Assembly: GCF_963921235.1 (NCBI RefSeq)
Contig: NC_086108.1
Location: 106,022,001 to 106,086,000 of the forward strand
Reading direction: 5' to 3'
Source of the DNA: Mobula hypostoma
Taxonomy: Eukaryota
Length of the DNA stretch: 64,000 nt
Made by a program: the position numbers and the translations under genes. Position 1 is the stretch's first letter, and each line of letters opens with the position of its first letter. This document shows positions 35,562 to 48,460 of this stretch, piece after piece. The notes under the pieces were generated by a model. That model was not told the origin of the DNA, searched no databases, and saw only the letters and a list, made by a program, of their open reading frames with translations.

Positions 35562-37733
35562 TTGCAATGGCAGGCATTTAAAGGTTGCATGGATGAACTT
35601 GCAATGGCAGGCATTTAAAGGTTGCATGGATGAACTACAACAATTGTTCATCCCAGTTTGGCAAAAGAATAAATCAAGGAAGGTAGTGCACCCGTGGCTG
35701 ACAAGAGAAATTAGGGATAGTATCAATTCCAAAGAAGTAGCATACAAATTAGCCAGAGAAAGTGGCTCACCTGAGGACTGGGAGAAATTCAGAGTTCAGC
35801 AGAGGAGGACAAAGGGCTTAATTAGGAAGGGGAAAAAAGATTATGAGAGAAAACTGGCAGAGAACATAAAAACGGACTGTAAAAGCTTTTATAGATATGT
35901 AAAAAGGAAAAGACTGATAAAGACAAATGTAGGTCCCCTGCAAACAGAAACAGGTGAATTGATTATGGGGAGCAAGGACATGGCAGACCAATTGAATAAT
36001 TACTTTGGTTCTGTCTTCACTAAGGAGGACATAAATAATCTTCCAGAAATAGTAAGGGACAGAGGGTCCAGTGAGATGGAGGAACTGAGCGAAATACATG
36101 TTAGTAGGGAAGTGGTGTTAGGTAAATTGAAGGGATTGAAGGCAGATAAATCCCCAGGGCCAGATGGTCTGCATCCCAGAGTGCTTAAGGAAGTGGCCCA
36201 AGAAATAGTGGATGCATTAGTGATAATTTTTCAAAACTCGTTAGATTCTGGACTAGTTCCTGAGGATTGGAGGGTGGCTAATGTAACCCCACTTTTTAAA
36301 AAAGGAGGGAGAGAGAAACCGGGGAATTATAGGCCGGTTAGCCTAACGTCGGTGGTGGGGAAACTGCTGGAGTCAGTTATCAAGGATGTGATAACAGCAC
36401 ATTTGGAAAGCGGTGAAATGATCGGACAAAGTCAGCATGGATTTGTGGAAGGAAAATCATGTCTGACGAATCTCATAGAATTTTTTGAGGATGTAACTAG
36501 TAGAGTGGATAGGGGAGAACCAGTGGATGTGGTATATTTGGATTTTCAAAAGGCTTTTGACAAGGTCCCACACAGGAGATTAGTGTGCAAACTTAAAGCA
36601 CATGGTATTGGGGGTAAGGTATTGGTGTGGGTGGAGAATTGGTTAGCAGACAGGAAGCAAAGAGTGGGAATAAACGGGACCTTTTCAGAATGGCAGGCGG
36701 TGACTAGTGGGGTACCGCAAGGCTCAGTGCTGGGACCCCAGTTGTTTACAATATATATTAATGACTTGGATGAGGGAATTAAATGCAGCATCTCCAAGTT
36801 TGCGGATGACACGAAGCTGGGTGGCAGTGTTAGCAGTGAGGAGGATGCTAAGAGGATGCAGGGTGACTTGGATAGGTTGGGTGAGTGGGCAAACTCATGG
36901 CAGATGCAATTTAATGTGGATAAATGTGAAGTTATCCACTTTGGTGGCAAAAATAGGAAAACAGATTATTATCTGAATGGTGGCCGATTAGGAAAAGGGG
37001 AGGTGCAACGAGACCTGGGTGTCATTATACACCAGTCATTGAAAGTGGGCATGCAGGTACAGCAGGCGGTGAAAAAGGCGAACGGTATGCTGGCATTTAT
37101 AGCGAGAGGATTCGAGTACAGGAGCAGGGAGGTACTACTGCAGTTGTACAAGGCCTTGGTGAGACCACACCTGGAGTATTGTGTGCAGTTTTGGTCCCCT
37201 AATCTGAGGAAAGACATCCTTGCCATAGAGGGAGTACAAAGAAGGTTCACCAGATTGATTCCTGGGATGGCAGGTCTTTCATATGAAGAAAGACTGGATG
37301 AACTGGGCTTGTACTCGTTGGAATTTAGAAGATTGAGGGGGGATCTGATTGAAACGTATAAGATCCTAAAGGGATTGGACAGGCTAGATGCGGGAAGATT
37401 GTTCCCGATGTTGGGGAGGTCTAGAACGAGGGGTCACAGTTTGAGGATAGAGGGGAAGCCTTTTAGGACCGAGGTTAGGAAAAACTTCTTCACACAGAGA
37501 GTGGTGAATCTGTGGAATTCTCTGCCACAGCAAACTGTTGAGGCCAGTTCATTAGCTATGTTTAAAAGGAAGTTAGATATGGCCCTTGTGGCTACAGGGG
37601 TCACGGGGTATGGAGGGAAGGCTGGGTTCTGAGTTGGATGATCAGCCATGATCATAATAAATGGCGGTGCAGGCTCGAAGGGCCGAATGGCCTACTCCTG
37701 CACCTATTTTCTATGTTTCTATGTTTCTATGTT
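35562..37733 (+). mobile_element. Young 5'-truncated CR1 LINE
   Basis: Uninterrupted RT ORF, 3' hairpin region and (TTTCTATG)n tail. Confidence 0.95.
35593..37632 (+). CDS. CR1 ORF2 reverse transcriptase, 679 aa open frame lacking the APE domain
   Basis: All RT motifs intact: [39 protein letters not shown]; no evidence it is expressed. Confidence 0.85.
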   Translation: MNLQWQAFKGCMDELQQLFIPVWQKNKSRKVVHPWLTREIRDSINSKEVAYKLARESGSPEDWEKFRVQQRRTKGLIRKGKKDYERKLAENIKTDCKSFYRYVKRKRLIKTNVGPLQTETGELIMGSKDMADQLNNYFGSVFTKEDINNLPEIVRDRGSSEMEELSEIHVSREVVLGKLKGLKADKSPGPDGLHPRVLKEVAQEIVDALVIIFQNSLDSGLVPEDWRVANVTPLFKKGGREKPGNYRPVSLTSVVGKLLESVIKDVITAHLESGEMIGQSQHGFVEGKSCLTNLIEFFEDVTSRVDRGEPVDVVYLDFQKAFDKVPHRRLVCKLKAHGIGGKVLVWVENWLADRKQRVGINGTFSEWQAVTSGVPQGSVLGPQLFTIYINDLDEGIKCSISKFADDTKLGGSVSSEEDAKRMQGDLDRLGEWANSWQMQFNVDKCEVIHFGGKNRKTDYYLNGGRLGKGEVQRDLGVIIHQSLKVGMQVQQAVKKANGMLAFIARGFEYRSREVLLQLYKALVRPHLEYCVQFWSPNLRKDILAIEGVQRRFTRLIPGMAGLSYEERLDELGLYSLEFRRLRGDLIETYKILKGLDRLDAGRLFPMLGRSRTRGHSLRIEGKPFRTEVRKNFFTQRVVNLWNSLPQQTVEASSLAMFKRKLDMALVATGVTGYGGKAGF

Positions 37734-38149
37734 TACACAGATTGTCTTCCTTCGCCTATTAGTTATTTGTCGGTCTTTGCTTGTGTGTAGATTTTCATTG
37801 ATTCTCTTGAATTTCTTTATTCTGCTGTGAATGCCTGCAAGAAAATGAGTCTCAGAATAGTATATGGTGATAGATATGTGATAATAAATATACTTTAAAC
37901 ATTGAACTTTGAACCTTTCTCAAGGATAATGTCTTCCAGAGAGGATGTATATATTAAAATGTTGTTCCTCTAGTTAAAATCCCTTGGCAGATATAAAAAC
38001 TGAGCAGAGAGGACGTCTGGTCTCTATTTAAAACAAGTTATTAATTTAGGCATGCTGCTATACTTGCATCATCATGTCTGCTCTTAAAAACATTACATTT
38101 GTTGTCTGGTCAAATAATGTATTTTGAGGACATAGGGAAGAGCCACCCA

Positions 38150-38698
38150 CATAGAAACATAGAAAATAGGTGCAGGAGTAGGCCATTCAGCCCTTTGAGC
38201 CTGCACTGCCATTCAGTATGATCATGGCTGATCATCCAACTCAGAACCCTGTACCAGCCTTCCCTCCATACCCCCTGATCCCTTTAGCCACAAGGGCCAT
38301 ATCTAACTCCCTCTTAAATATAGCCAATGAACTGGCCTCAACTGTTTCCTGTGGCAGAGAATTCCACAAATTCACCACTCTCTGTGTGAAGAAGTTTTTC
38401 CTAATCTCGGTCCTAAAAGGCTTCCCCTTCATCCTCAAACTGTGACCCCTTGTTCTGGACTTCTCCAACACCGGGAACAATCTTCCTACATCTAGCCTGT
38501 CCAATCCCTTTAGGATTTTATACGTTTCAATCAGATTCCCCTCAATCTTCTAAATTCCAACGAGTATAAGCCTAGTCGATCCAGTCGTTCATCATATGAA
38601 AGTCCTGCCATCCCAGGAATTAATCTGGTGAATCTTCTGTGTACTCCCTCTATGGCAAGGATGTCTTTCCTCAGATTAGGGGACCAAAACTGCACACA
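38150..38698 (-). mobile_element. CR1 3' fragment, same young family
   Basis: Reverse complement of ~37180-37730. Confidence 0.93.
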
Positions 38699-38799
38699 TT
38701 GTATATGCTTTGTTAATAGTCTCTGACATTGAGACGGACATCAAGTGCTGCTGGCAGGTCATGAGCTTTGTGAAAGGTGCCCTTCAGTCTGTCTTAAGC

Positions 38800-40020
38800 A
38801 GAAGAGATTCTGCAGATACTGGAAATCCTGAGCAACACACACAAAGTACTGGAGGAATTTAGTAGGTCAGGCAGCTTCTAGGGAGAGGAATAAACAGTTG
38901 ATATTTTAGACCAATGCCTTTCATTAGGACAGGAAAGAACGGGGAAAGATGCCAGAACAAGAAGGTGGTGTGTGTGTGTGTGTGTGGGGGGGGGGGGGGA
39001 TGTGAAGGAGGACAAGAAAGATGATAGATGAAACCAGATGGGTGTGGGGGGATGGAGTACAAAGTTGGGAGGTGACAGGTGGGAAAAGCCAAGGGCTAGA
39101 GACAAAGGCATTTGCTGGAGAGGAGAGTAGACCATGGGAAAAAGGAAAGGATGTGAGGAACAGGGGGAGGTGATGGTCAGGTGAAGGGAAGAAATAAGAG
39201 GCCAGAGTGGGGAATAGAAGAAGAGACAAGACAGGAAGGGAAAAAATCATCAGAAGCTGGAGGAACCGATGTTCATGCCATCAGGTTGGAGGCTACCTAG
39301 ACAGAATATGAGATGTTGTTCCTCTATTCTGAGAGTTGTTTCATCATTCAAAAGAGGAGGCCATGGACTGACATGCTGGAATGAAAGTGGGGGTAGGAAT
39401 TAAAATGGGCGGCCACGAAGAAATTCTGCTTTTTTATAGAGGTACTAAGCAAAGTGGTCCGCCAACCTACACCAAGTTGCACAAATGTAGAGGAAACCAC
39501 ATCGTGAACATCAGATATGGTAGTCGACCTGAAAAGATTCACAAGTGAAGTGTTGTTTCAGTTGGAAGAACTGTTTGGAGCCCTGGATGGTGATGAGGAA
39601 GGAGGTGAATGGGCAGGTGTACACTTCAACTGCTTGCAGGGATAAGTGCCAGGAGGGGGATTAGTGGGCAGGGAATGAATGGACAAGGGAATCACAGAGA
39701 AAAGTGCAGAGTAGGGGATGAGTTGAAGATGTGATTGGAGGTAGGATCCTGTTGAGGTTCTAGGAAGATTGGGTGAGTGCAGATGTCCAGGAAATTGGCA
39801 GAGATACAAATGAGAGCAGCAACAATGCTGGAGAAAGGGAATTCTTTGAAGAAGGAGGACGGGTCTGATGTTCTGGAAAGGAAAGTCTCATCCTGGGAGC
39901 AGATGCAGAACAGCTGAAGGAAGTGAGAAGAGGGAATAGCATTCTTACAGGAGACTGGGTGGGGAGAGGTATAGTGAAGATAGCCATGGAAATTGATGGG
40001 TTTGTAAAAGAGTTTGGTAG
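38800..40020 (-). mobile_element. Penelope-like element relic (RT C-terminus, GIY-YIG region, 3' region, terminal repeat)
   Basis: 'YKPINFHGYLHYTSPHPVSCKNAIPSSHFLQLFCICS', 'PGTYPCKQLKC', 'VAAHFNSYPHFHSSMSVHGL'; ends in the repeat unit carrying the hammerhead-like motif. Confidence 0.78.
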
Positions 40021-40819
40021 ACAGCTGGAGTAGGTTACATGGTCGGCACAACATTGTGGGCCAAAGGGCCTGTAATGTGCTGTAGTTGTCTATTTTCTAT
40101 GTTCTATGAAGGGTTGTTTTATGAGTAAAACAGAGATGAATATGAAGAGATTCAGAAAGGGGAAAGAGGTGTCAGAAATAGACAAACAACTAGAGAGCAA
40201 AAGATAACAAACTGTGCAAATACAAAATTTAAAAAAAAGAAAATAAAGAACTGTACTGAAAGCATTGACTATGAATATCAATTTTTAAATTATGAATAAA
40301 GTTTATTTTGATAAGGAAAAGTCCCTTGTCAGATTGACCAAATGTTTGAAAAGACCTTGAGATTGAAAGAGAGAGCGAGTAAGTTACTTTCAGAATATTA
40401 CATTCATTTGTGAGTTAGACATTTCTGAAACAGCAAGTGCATTTCTTGTCAAACTAATTTAAATCTGGCAATTAAACCTTCGGAGACTTGTCTGTTTAGT
40501 CAAATGACAACTTTGAAAGTGAAGTTGGTGTAAAGGAATTAATCATCCCCACTGCTCATTATACATCTTATCAAAAGAGAAACATTTGCAAGTTTGGAGA
40601 AAGAGACAAAGATAGAAGCTAATTAGCTCGATCCTTCAAAGGAGTTGGTGGAGGCACAGTGGGCCAAAAGGCCCAGATCGGTACAGTATCATTCAATGAT
40701 CATTCAACCCCAATAGAAAGGGACATTTCCTTCAAAATATTTTAAGATATTTATATCATATCTAAACATCAGAGAGTAGAATCATTCTGCCCCATCTTTA
40801 CTCATAAAACAGCCCTTCA

Positions 40820-41420
40820 TAGAACCTAGAAAATAGACATCTACAGCACATTATAGGCCCTTTGGCCCACAATGTTGTGCCGACCATATAACCCACTCTA
40901 GAAGCTGCCTAGAAATTGCCTATCACACAGCCCTTTATTTTTCTAAGCTCCATGTACCTATCTAAGTGTCTCTTAAAAGACCTTATTGTACCCACCTCCA
41001 CCACCATGGCTGACAGTGCATTCCATGCACCTACCACTCTGTATGAAAAATTTACCCCTGACACCCCCAGTGTACCTACTTCCAAGCACCTTAAAACCAT
41101 GCTCCCTCATGTTAGCCATTTCAGCCCTGGGATAAAGCCTCTGGCTATCAATATTATCAATGCCTCTCATCATCTTATACACCTCTGTAAAATCACCTTT
41201 CAACCTTTGTCACTCCAAGGAGAAAAGGCCAAGTTCACTCAACCTGTTCTCATAACCCATGCTCTTCAATCCAGGCAACATCCTTGTAAATCTCATCTGC
41301 ACCCTTTCTATAGTTTCCACATCCTTCTTGTAGTGAGCTGATCAGAACTGAACATTGTACTCCAAGTGGGATCTAACCAAGGTCTTAACTATGACATTAA
41401 CTCACGGCTCTTGAACTCAT
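40820..41420 (-). mobile_element. CR1 3' fragment (third family)
   Basis: 'KGDFTEVYKMMRGIDNIDSQRLYPRAEM..HGFKV'. Confidence 0.8.
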
Positions 41421-42149
41421 GCCAGGAATGGATTCAGCCCAATATATTATGGGCTTATCCACAGCAACACGCAGCAGGCCAGGCAGAATTTTCAGAATTT
41501 TTCAAGTTTACGGGTATATCCAACCCACCATCAGTAGTGTTTGCAGGAGGTGCTGCCCCAAGAAGGCACATTTATCATCAAAAATCCCACCAAGCCATCT
41601 TTTTACAACTATAATTGGGAAGAAATCAGAATCAGAATTAAGTTTAATATCACTGGCATATGTTACGAAATTTGTTAACTTTGCAGCAGCAATACAATGC
41701 AGTAGATGATAACAGAGAGAAAAAAAAGAAAACTGTGAATCACAGAAAGTGTATGTATATCTTAAATAGTTAAATTAAATAAGTCATGCAAGAAAAAGGA
41801 AATAAAAAAAAGCAGTGGGGTAGTTTCCAGGGGTTCAATGTTCACTCAGAAATCGGATGGCAGAACAAGATACTTCCGGGGCTCCGTTGAAGGCAACTCA
41901 CACAAGCAGCCATCCAGGAAAAAGAGAATTGGATTTCAAATTGAATTCAGAATTGATCTACTATCATCACAGCTACCAGAAATACAGTAAAAAGACTTGT
42001 CTTGCGAACTCTTCACACAGTGCATTGAGGGAGAACAAGGCAAAACAATAACAATGCAATGACAATGAAGCATGAAGTCCGACTTGACCAAGTTCCAGGT
42101 CAGTTACTTCCCCTCAGCCATTTTTTTCTTGAATCATTTGGTTATTTAC

Positions 42150-43110
42150 AGGTCACGAGTAGAGAGGGCTGTAAAGAGAAATTTTAGCACATTGGTCTTC
42201 ATAAATCAGAGTTCTGAATACAGGAATTGGGATGTTATGTTGAAATTGTATATGGCATTGGTGAGGCCAGATTTGGAGAATGTATGCAGTTTTGGTCCCC
42301 TACATGCAGGAAAGATATTTAGCACTCTGGGGTGGGGGTCAACAGCCTTTATTGTTCTTGTTTTAAAATGCTTTCGTGGGATTATGGTGGGATGTTCAAG
42401 TTCATTTTAGCTCGGGTTATACAATTATTCTCATGTGTGTTTGTAGATCACCCTGACTGTAACCGGGGTGTGTACTAACCACTTCCCCGTCTGTATGTGA
42501 CTGAGTGGGCTCCCTCCCCGGGTCATAGCACCCAGGCTGTTTTTGTGTTTGTTGCAGTAAAAATGAGCTTTTCTTGTCTATCATCATGGACCGAATTCTC
42601 GCCACAATATCAGTAAGGTTGAAGGAGGATAGAGAAAATTTTCAAGGATGTTGCAGGGACTTGAAGACCTGAGTTACAGGGAAGAGTTGAATAGGTTGAG
42701 ACTTTATTCATAGGAGCACAGGAGAATGAGGGGAAATTTTGCAGAGGTATAGAGAACTATGAGAAATATAGATAAGTTAATACAAGCAGGCTTTTTTTCC
42801 ACTGAGGTTGGGTGAGTCTATAACTAGAGGTCATGGGTTATGGGTGAAAGGTAAAATATTTAAGGGGAACCTTAGGATGAACTTCTTCACTCAGAGGGTG
42901 ATGTGAGTGTGGAACGAGCTGCCAACCGAAGTTATGGGTGTGGATTTAATCTCAACATTTTAAAGAAGTTTGGATGGGTACAAGGATGGGGGGGCGCGGT
43001 GTTATGAAGGGTTATAGTCCAAGTGTGGGTCGATGTGACTAGGCAGAAGAACAGTTTGGCACGGACTAGATGGGCCCCAGGGCCTGCAAAATTCTATGAC
43101 TCTATGACTT
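42150..43110 (+). mobile_element. Decayed CR1 3' fragment interrupted by a solo LTR
   Basis: Colinear with ~32750-33400 on both sides of the 42319-42606 insert. Confidence 0.8.
42319..42606. mobile_element. Probable solo LTR (288 bp)
   Basis: Clean interruption of CR1, flanked by 4-bp ATAT duplication, ends in ACA; left end reads TTAGC rather than TG. Confidence 0.6.
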
Positions 43111-44604
43111 TACGTGTGAACAGGAGAGGGCTCCTGAAGGTGATATAAGATCAGTTAAAGTGGGGAGATTTTGCAAGGTTATTGGGAGTACATTATTAAA
43201 TTGAGTCTATAGTTTGTGGAGTCAGTTCAGTGTTTTGGTGATTGGTGTTATCCATACTGGTTTAGGAGCCTGATGGTTGAAGGCTAATAACTGTTCTTGA
43301 CCTGGTGATGTGGGACCTAATGGTGGGACTTAGATGAACCAAAGGGGTTGTTTCTGTGCTCTATGACTCTATGATTCTAAGACCTTAAGACTTAAGTTAT
43401 TTACTGTAATAGAGCTCATAAGTGTTCCCAGATCCTTGTTACAGTAGATTGCAGATTCCTTTATTATTGTCACCTGTTCCAAGGTACAGTAAAAACGTAT
43501 CTTGCATAGTGCTCATGCAGATCATTTTGTTACACAGTGCATTGAGGCAGTACAAGGAAAACAATAGCAATGCAGAACATAGTGTTACAGTTACAGAGAA
43601 AGTGCGGAAAAGATAAACAAGAAAGTACAAAGTCATAACGCAGTAGATTGCGAGGCCAAGAGTCCATCTTGTTGTACTAGAGCATCATTCAGTGTTCTTA
43701 TAACACTGTTGTAGAAGCTGTCCTTAAGCCTTGTGGTACATGCTTTCAGGCGTTTGTATCTTCTGCCCAAGGGAGAGAATGTCTAGGGTGGGGAGCGGGG
43801 TGGTCTTTGATTTATTCTGCTTGAGGGAAGTTGGAAAAGTTGCCTGGATTAGGCGAAGTTTGGTTGACAGGGAGTTTAATGACATTTATATATATTTTAT
43901 AATGAGACAGTAAAGGGGCACAACCTGAAAATCAGAGTTAAGAAATTGAGGAGTGAGGTCAGAAATTTCCTCTCCCCTGAAGAGCTGGAGAAATCCTACA
44001 TTTCAGGTGGTTCCTTAAGGTTGTCGTAGCTGAGGTGGTAGTGGGGATATGCTCCCACTACCTACTAAATAAGTATCAAATAGTCTCTGACAACCAAGTC
44101 CAGCTCCTGGTCTTCAAGTGCTGCTCAGTTACTAAGTCCAAAGGAACCATTTCTACTGACAGGAGAAAAGGCAATGGTGGATTACCGGTCCCTTAAAACC
44201 AGTCACTTCAGGCAGTTGGGGTTCATCAGCTATGGTTGGAAGTTCATCTGGGAGAAGGAAAAGTCTGATCTCAAACCTCGGCTGTCTTGTGGCTGTACCC
44301 ACTCATGGGGAAGGCTTCAGGAGTAAACCCTGAGGGATAATACAGAGCAGGAGTTTGTGAGGCAGCCTTATACTGAGTTCAATGATGACTGGCAATGCCT
44401 GCAAAGCCCCTGGTCCCCTGGTGCTGAACAGTATCAGTCTCTGCCGTTTCTTTAGATTCATCAGCTGCACAGGCAACAGCCTGCTGTCAATACTGTATTG
44501 CTGTGGCTTGCATATCACGTAGACAGCTGGGACACAATATCCATGGTCAACCCTGACCAACAAGGGGCCTCACACTTCAAAACCAGTTACTTGTTGGACC
44601 ATTG

Positions 44605-45190
44605 TCTGAGGATTGGACACTCTGAGGGTGATAGGCAGATGAGGGAGAAAGCTATGTGAAGCTCGGAGGTGATAGATGGAAGTGACTCAGGGCTGAAGGT
44701 GATGGAAGCAAATGAGACAAAGAACAATGGAAGAAGGGTGGGAGAGGAACCATTGGGAGAGGTGAGAGGCTGATGGGCAGATGAAGAGGGTGGTAGAAAG
44801 GGACAGAAAATAGGGAGATGGGGGCCAGGTGGATCAGGAGAAGAAAAAGGAAACAAAAGGGAGAATGGAAAGAGGAGAAGTACTTACCAAAAGTTTGGTA
44901 ATTCATGCTGGACATAAATAAATGAATGAATGAAATTTATTTCAGTCAGTACAAACATAACATCCCCACACCTGGACCTACCTATCAGCTGCCAGCTCTT
45001 GATCCACCTCATCCCTCCCCACCATTTTATACTGGCGACCTCCTCCCTATCTTTCAGTGCAGATGAAGAGTCTCATGCAGCTGAAACGTTTCAGCCCAAA
45101 ATGACGACTCTCCATTTCTTTCCATTGATGCTGCCTGACCTACTGGAGTTACTCCATTGCTCTGTGTGTTTCTGCAGATTCCAGCATCTA
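44605..45190. mobile_element. Two inverted Penelope 3'-region fragments
   Basis: Purine-rich arm ~44620-44910 then pyrimidine-rich arm ~44960-45190 ending in the terminal unit. Confidence 0.6.
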
Positions 45191-45400
45191 CGGTTTATTC
45201 TGCCTTCGCTCTGCTCTGTTGGAGAGCTGGCCCCGACACAATGGGCAGGATAGATTTCCTTCTGAGCAATAACCACCCCACCAATGTACAATTCATGGTA
45301 TGCTGTAAACCTGGTTGATCTTGAGAGTGTTCTGAATGTGTGATTCCCAGGGGAATAATTGGCTCATTTGTAGCAACCATCAGTGGATGTACAAACTGTG

Positions 45401-45633
45401 GAGGGAGGGAGGGAACGTCGACTCAGACCATGAGAGGCCTGCATCGGGCATTTTCATGCCTTACAAGGTGCAGATTGGAAGTCTGTGTGGGGCGCCACTC
45501 CTCGCACAGACTAGAGCAATGCGTGATTACGTGCCTTGCTCAAGGGCACAAACACACTGCCACAGCTGAGGCTCGAACTAGCGACCTTGAGATCACTAGA
45601 CAAATGCCTTAACCACTTGGCCACATGCCCAAC
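45401..45633 (-). mobile_element. tRNA-derived SINE; same head as 3874-4175, different tail
   Basis: A/B boxes and CORE-like motif shared; (TCCC)n end; perfect 10-bp TSD ACAAACTGTG (45391-45400, 45634-45643). Confidence 0.85.
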
Positions 45634-46296
45634 ACAAACTGTGAACACAGATAAAAGCATCATAATTCAGATTGGTAGACAGATACTCAGAATAGATATG
45701 TAGAAAGGTAAATTGGTAGATAGATAGATAGACAGGTAGATAGACAGAAGGACATGTCATTCAGCCCATTATGGTTGCACTGATCAATGTTACTGGAAAT
45801 AATTCTAACTATCTACACTTCTCTGTATCCCTCTAGTCATCCTGCCTCTTAAATCTCATTATTTTATCTCCTTCCCCTACTTCCCTGACGGTGTGTTCCA
45901 GGCACCCACTACACTCTGTGCAAAAATTCGACTTTAAACATTCCACATCTCTCCTTAAAGCTATCCTTCTGGCCATGAAAGCATAGAGATATGTGAAAGG
46001 TGGAAAGCTTTGTAGAAATCTGACAGAGAGTTTAGAAGGATGTGGAAGCTTTAGGGAGAGTGCAAAGGAGATTTACCAGGGTGCTACATGGATTGGAGTG
46101 TATGTTTTATGAGGACAGGTTGAGCAAGCTAAGGCTTTTCTCTCTGGAGCAAAGGCAATCAGGCTCTTGCTTCAAAGGGGATAACTTCACTCACCTTCTC
46201 TTGCCCCATCATTGAAATATTCCCACAAACAACAGCCTCTCTTTCAAGGATTCTTCATCTCGTGTTCTTGATATTTATTGCTTGTTTATTTATTAT

Positions 46297-48460
46297 GTTG
46301 CACTACTAGAGCACAAATGGCACCCCACCCAGGCAACACTGTAAGCGCTAAGGACAGCAAGAAGCAAGGCCCAGGAAACAGCCAGACACTGTGCAAATGA
46401 CTACTGGCTACAACTATGCTAAAGCATTCAGTCATCATTTGACACAGGCAACAACCGTGGAGTGTACGAGGGGATCAAGAAAGCCATCGGGCCAACCCAG
46501 AGCAAGACAGCACCATTGAAAACCATAACAGGCGAGACCATCAATGACAAAGGCAAGCAGATGGAGAGATGGGTGGAGCATTACTCTGAACTCTTCTCCA
46601 GAGAAAACAGCATCTCGGACAGTGCGCTAGATGCTGTGGAATGCCTGCCTGTCATGGAAGAACTGGATGCATTGTCGACTGCTGAAGAGCTGAGTAAAGC
46701 CATCTACAGCCTGCCCACTGGGAAGGCACCAGGATTGGATGGCATTCCACCAGAGGCCAGCAAATTCGCAAAGGGCATCCTGCTAAACCGCCTACATGAA
46801 CTACTGTGCCAGTGCTGGACAGAGGGAGCAGTGCCGCAAGACATGAGAGACTGCAACATTGTCACCCTATATAAGAACAAAGGGGACAGAAGCGACTGTA
46901 ACAACTGCAGGGGAATCTCCTTGCTGAGCATCGTTGGGAAGGTCTTCACCCGCGTGGTCCTGAACAGACTGCAGAAAATAGCTGGAAGGGTATATCCCGA
47001 GTCTCAGTGCAGTTTGGGGTCGGAACGCTCCACAATCGACATGATCTTCTCCCTTCGACAGCCACAAGAGAAATGCAGAGAGCAAAGACAACCACTCTAC
47101 GTCGCTTTCATTGACCTTACGAAGGCCTTCGAGCTTGTGAGCAGAGACGGCCTGTTCAAAATCCTCCCCAGGATTGGTTGTCCCCCGAGGCTCCTCAGGA
47201 TAGTTTAGTCATTCCACACAGACATGAAGGGCGTCGTTCAGTTCAACGGCTCTTCTTCGGAGGCCTTCAACATCCGCAGTGGTGTGAAGCAGGGCTGTGC
47301 GCTTGCCCCCACCCTGTTCGGCGTCTTCTTCGCAGTCATGCTGAAGCACGCCTTTGGAACATCAACTGATGGTGTCTACCTCCATACCAGATCGGACGGG
47401 AGGCTGTTCAGTCTGTCCCGGCTGAGGGCGAAAACCAAGGTTCATGAAGTACTCATCAGGGACATGTTGTTTGCAGACGACGCGGCACTGGCAACACACT
47501 CCGAAGAGCAACTGCAATGCCTCATGGACAGCTTCTCAAGAGCTTGCCAGGACTTCAGCTTGACCATCAGCCTGAAGAAGACTAATGTGTAGGCCAAGGC
47601 TTTGAGCAGCCCCCTGCCATCACCATCAACAACTACGAGCTGGAGGTAGTTCATGAGTTTACATACCTTGGCTCCACCATCACGGACAGCCTCTCCCTAG
47701 ACCCCGAGATCAACAGACGGATCGGACGAGCAGCCTCAACAAGTGCCAGGCTGACAAAGAGAGTCTGGGAGAACAGAAAGCTGATGACGCACACCAAAGT
47801 TGCAGTCTACAGGGCCTGCATCCTCAGCACACTGCTTTACGGCAGCGAGACCTGGAGCCTCTACTCTAGACAAGAGCGGCGTCTTAACGCCTTCCACCTT
47901 TGCAGCCTGAGACGCATCCTGGACATCACGTCGACTGACCGAGTCACCAACAATGAGGTCCTAGCCCGTGCCCAGATACCCAGCCTCTTCACCCTGCTCC
48001 AACAACGCCATCTCTGCTGGCTGGGCCACGTACACCGCATGTCAGACGGGAGGATCCTGAAAGACCTGCTGTATGGGGAACTGGCCTCCGGCAAGAGAGC
48101 ACAAGGGCGGCCTCATCTTTCTTTCAAAGACATTTGCAAGAGAGACATGAAGTCACTGAAAATGAACGTCGAGAGGTGGGAGGACATCGCAAGCGATCGC
48201 TCTCACTGGAGGCTGGAACTACGCAGAGGTCTAAAAAGAGGAGAAGAGAAGCTGAGGCTTGCTGCTGAAGAAAAGCGCACTCGTCGGAAAAACAGCACCA
48301 AGACAACACTGGAGGACAGCGCCTTCAAGTGCAGTCGCTGCAGCCGAGACTGTCACTCCCGTGTGGGACTCTACAGCCACAACAGATGCTGCTCTAACAC
48401 AGACTGAAGCAAGACTTTCCAGGCGCAGATCCGTGGTCTCGTGAGACTAACGGATGCCAC
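46297..48460 (+). mobile_element. RTE-clade LINE, 5'-truncated
   Basis: 'GKAPGLDGIP', 'GDRSDCNNCRGISLL', 'FIDLTKAF', 'GVKQGCALAPTLF', 'LFADD', 'LLYGSETW', C-terminal 'CSRC..C..SH'; candidate TSD ATTTATTAT. Confidence 0.92.

Noticed and set aside
35593..37632. Domesticated RT gene
   Set aside because: Near-identical to other CR1 copies in the window and retains the element tail; the open frame is explained by young age
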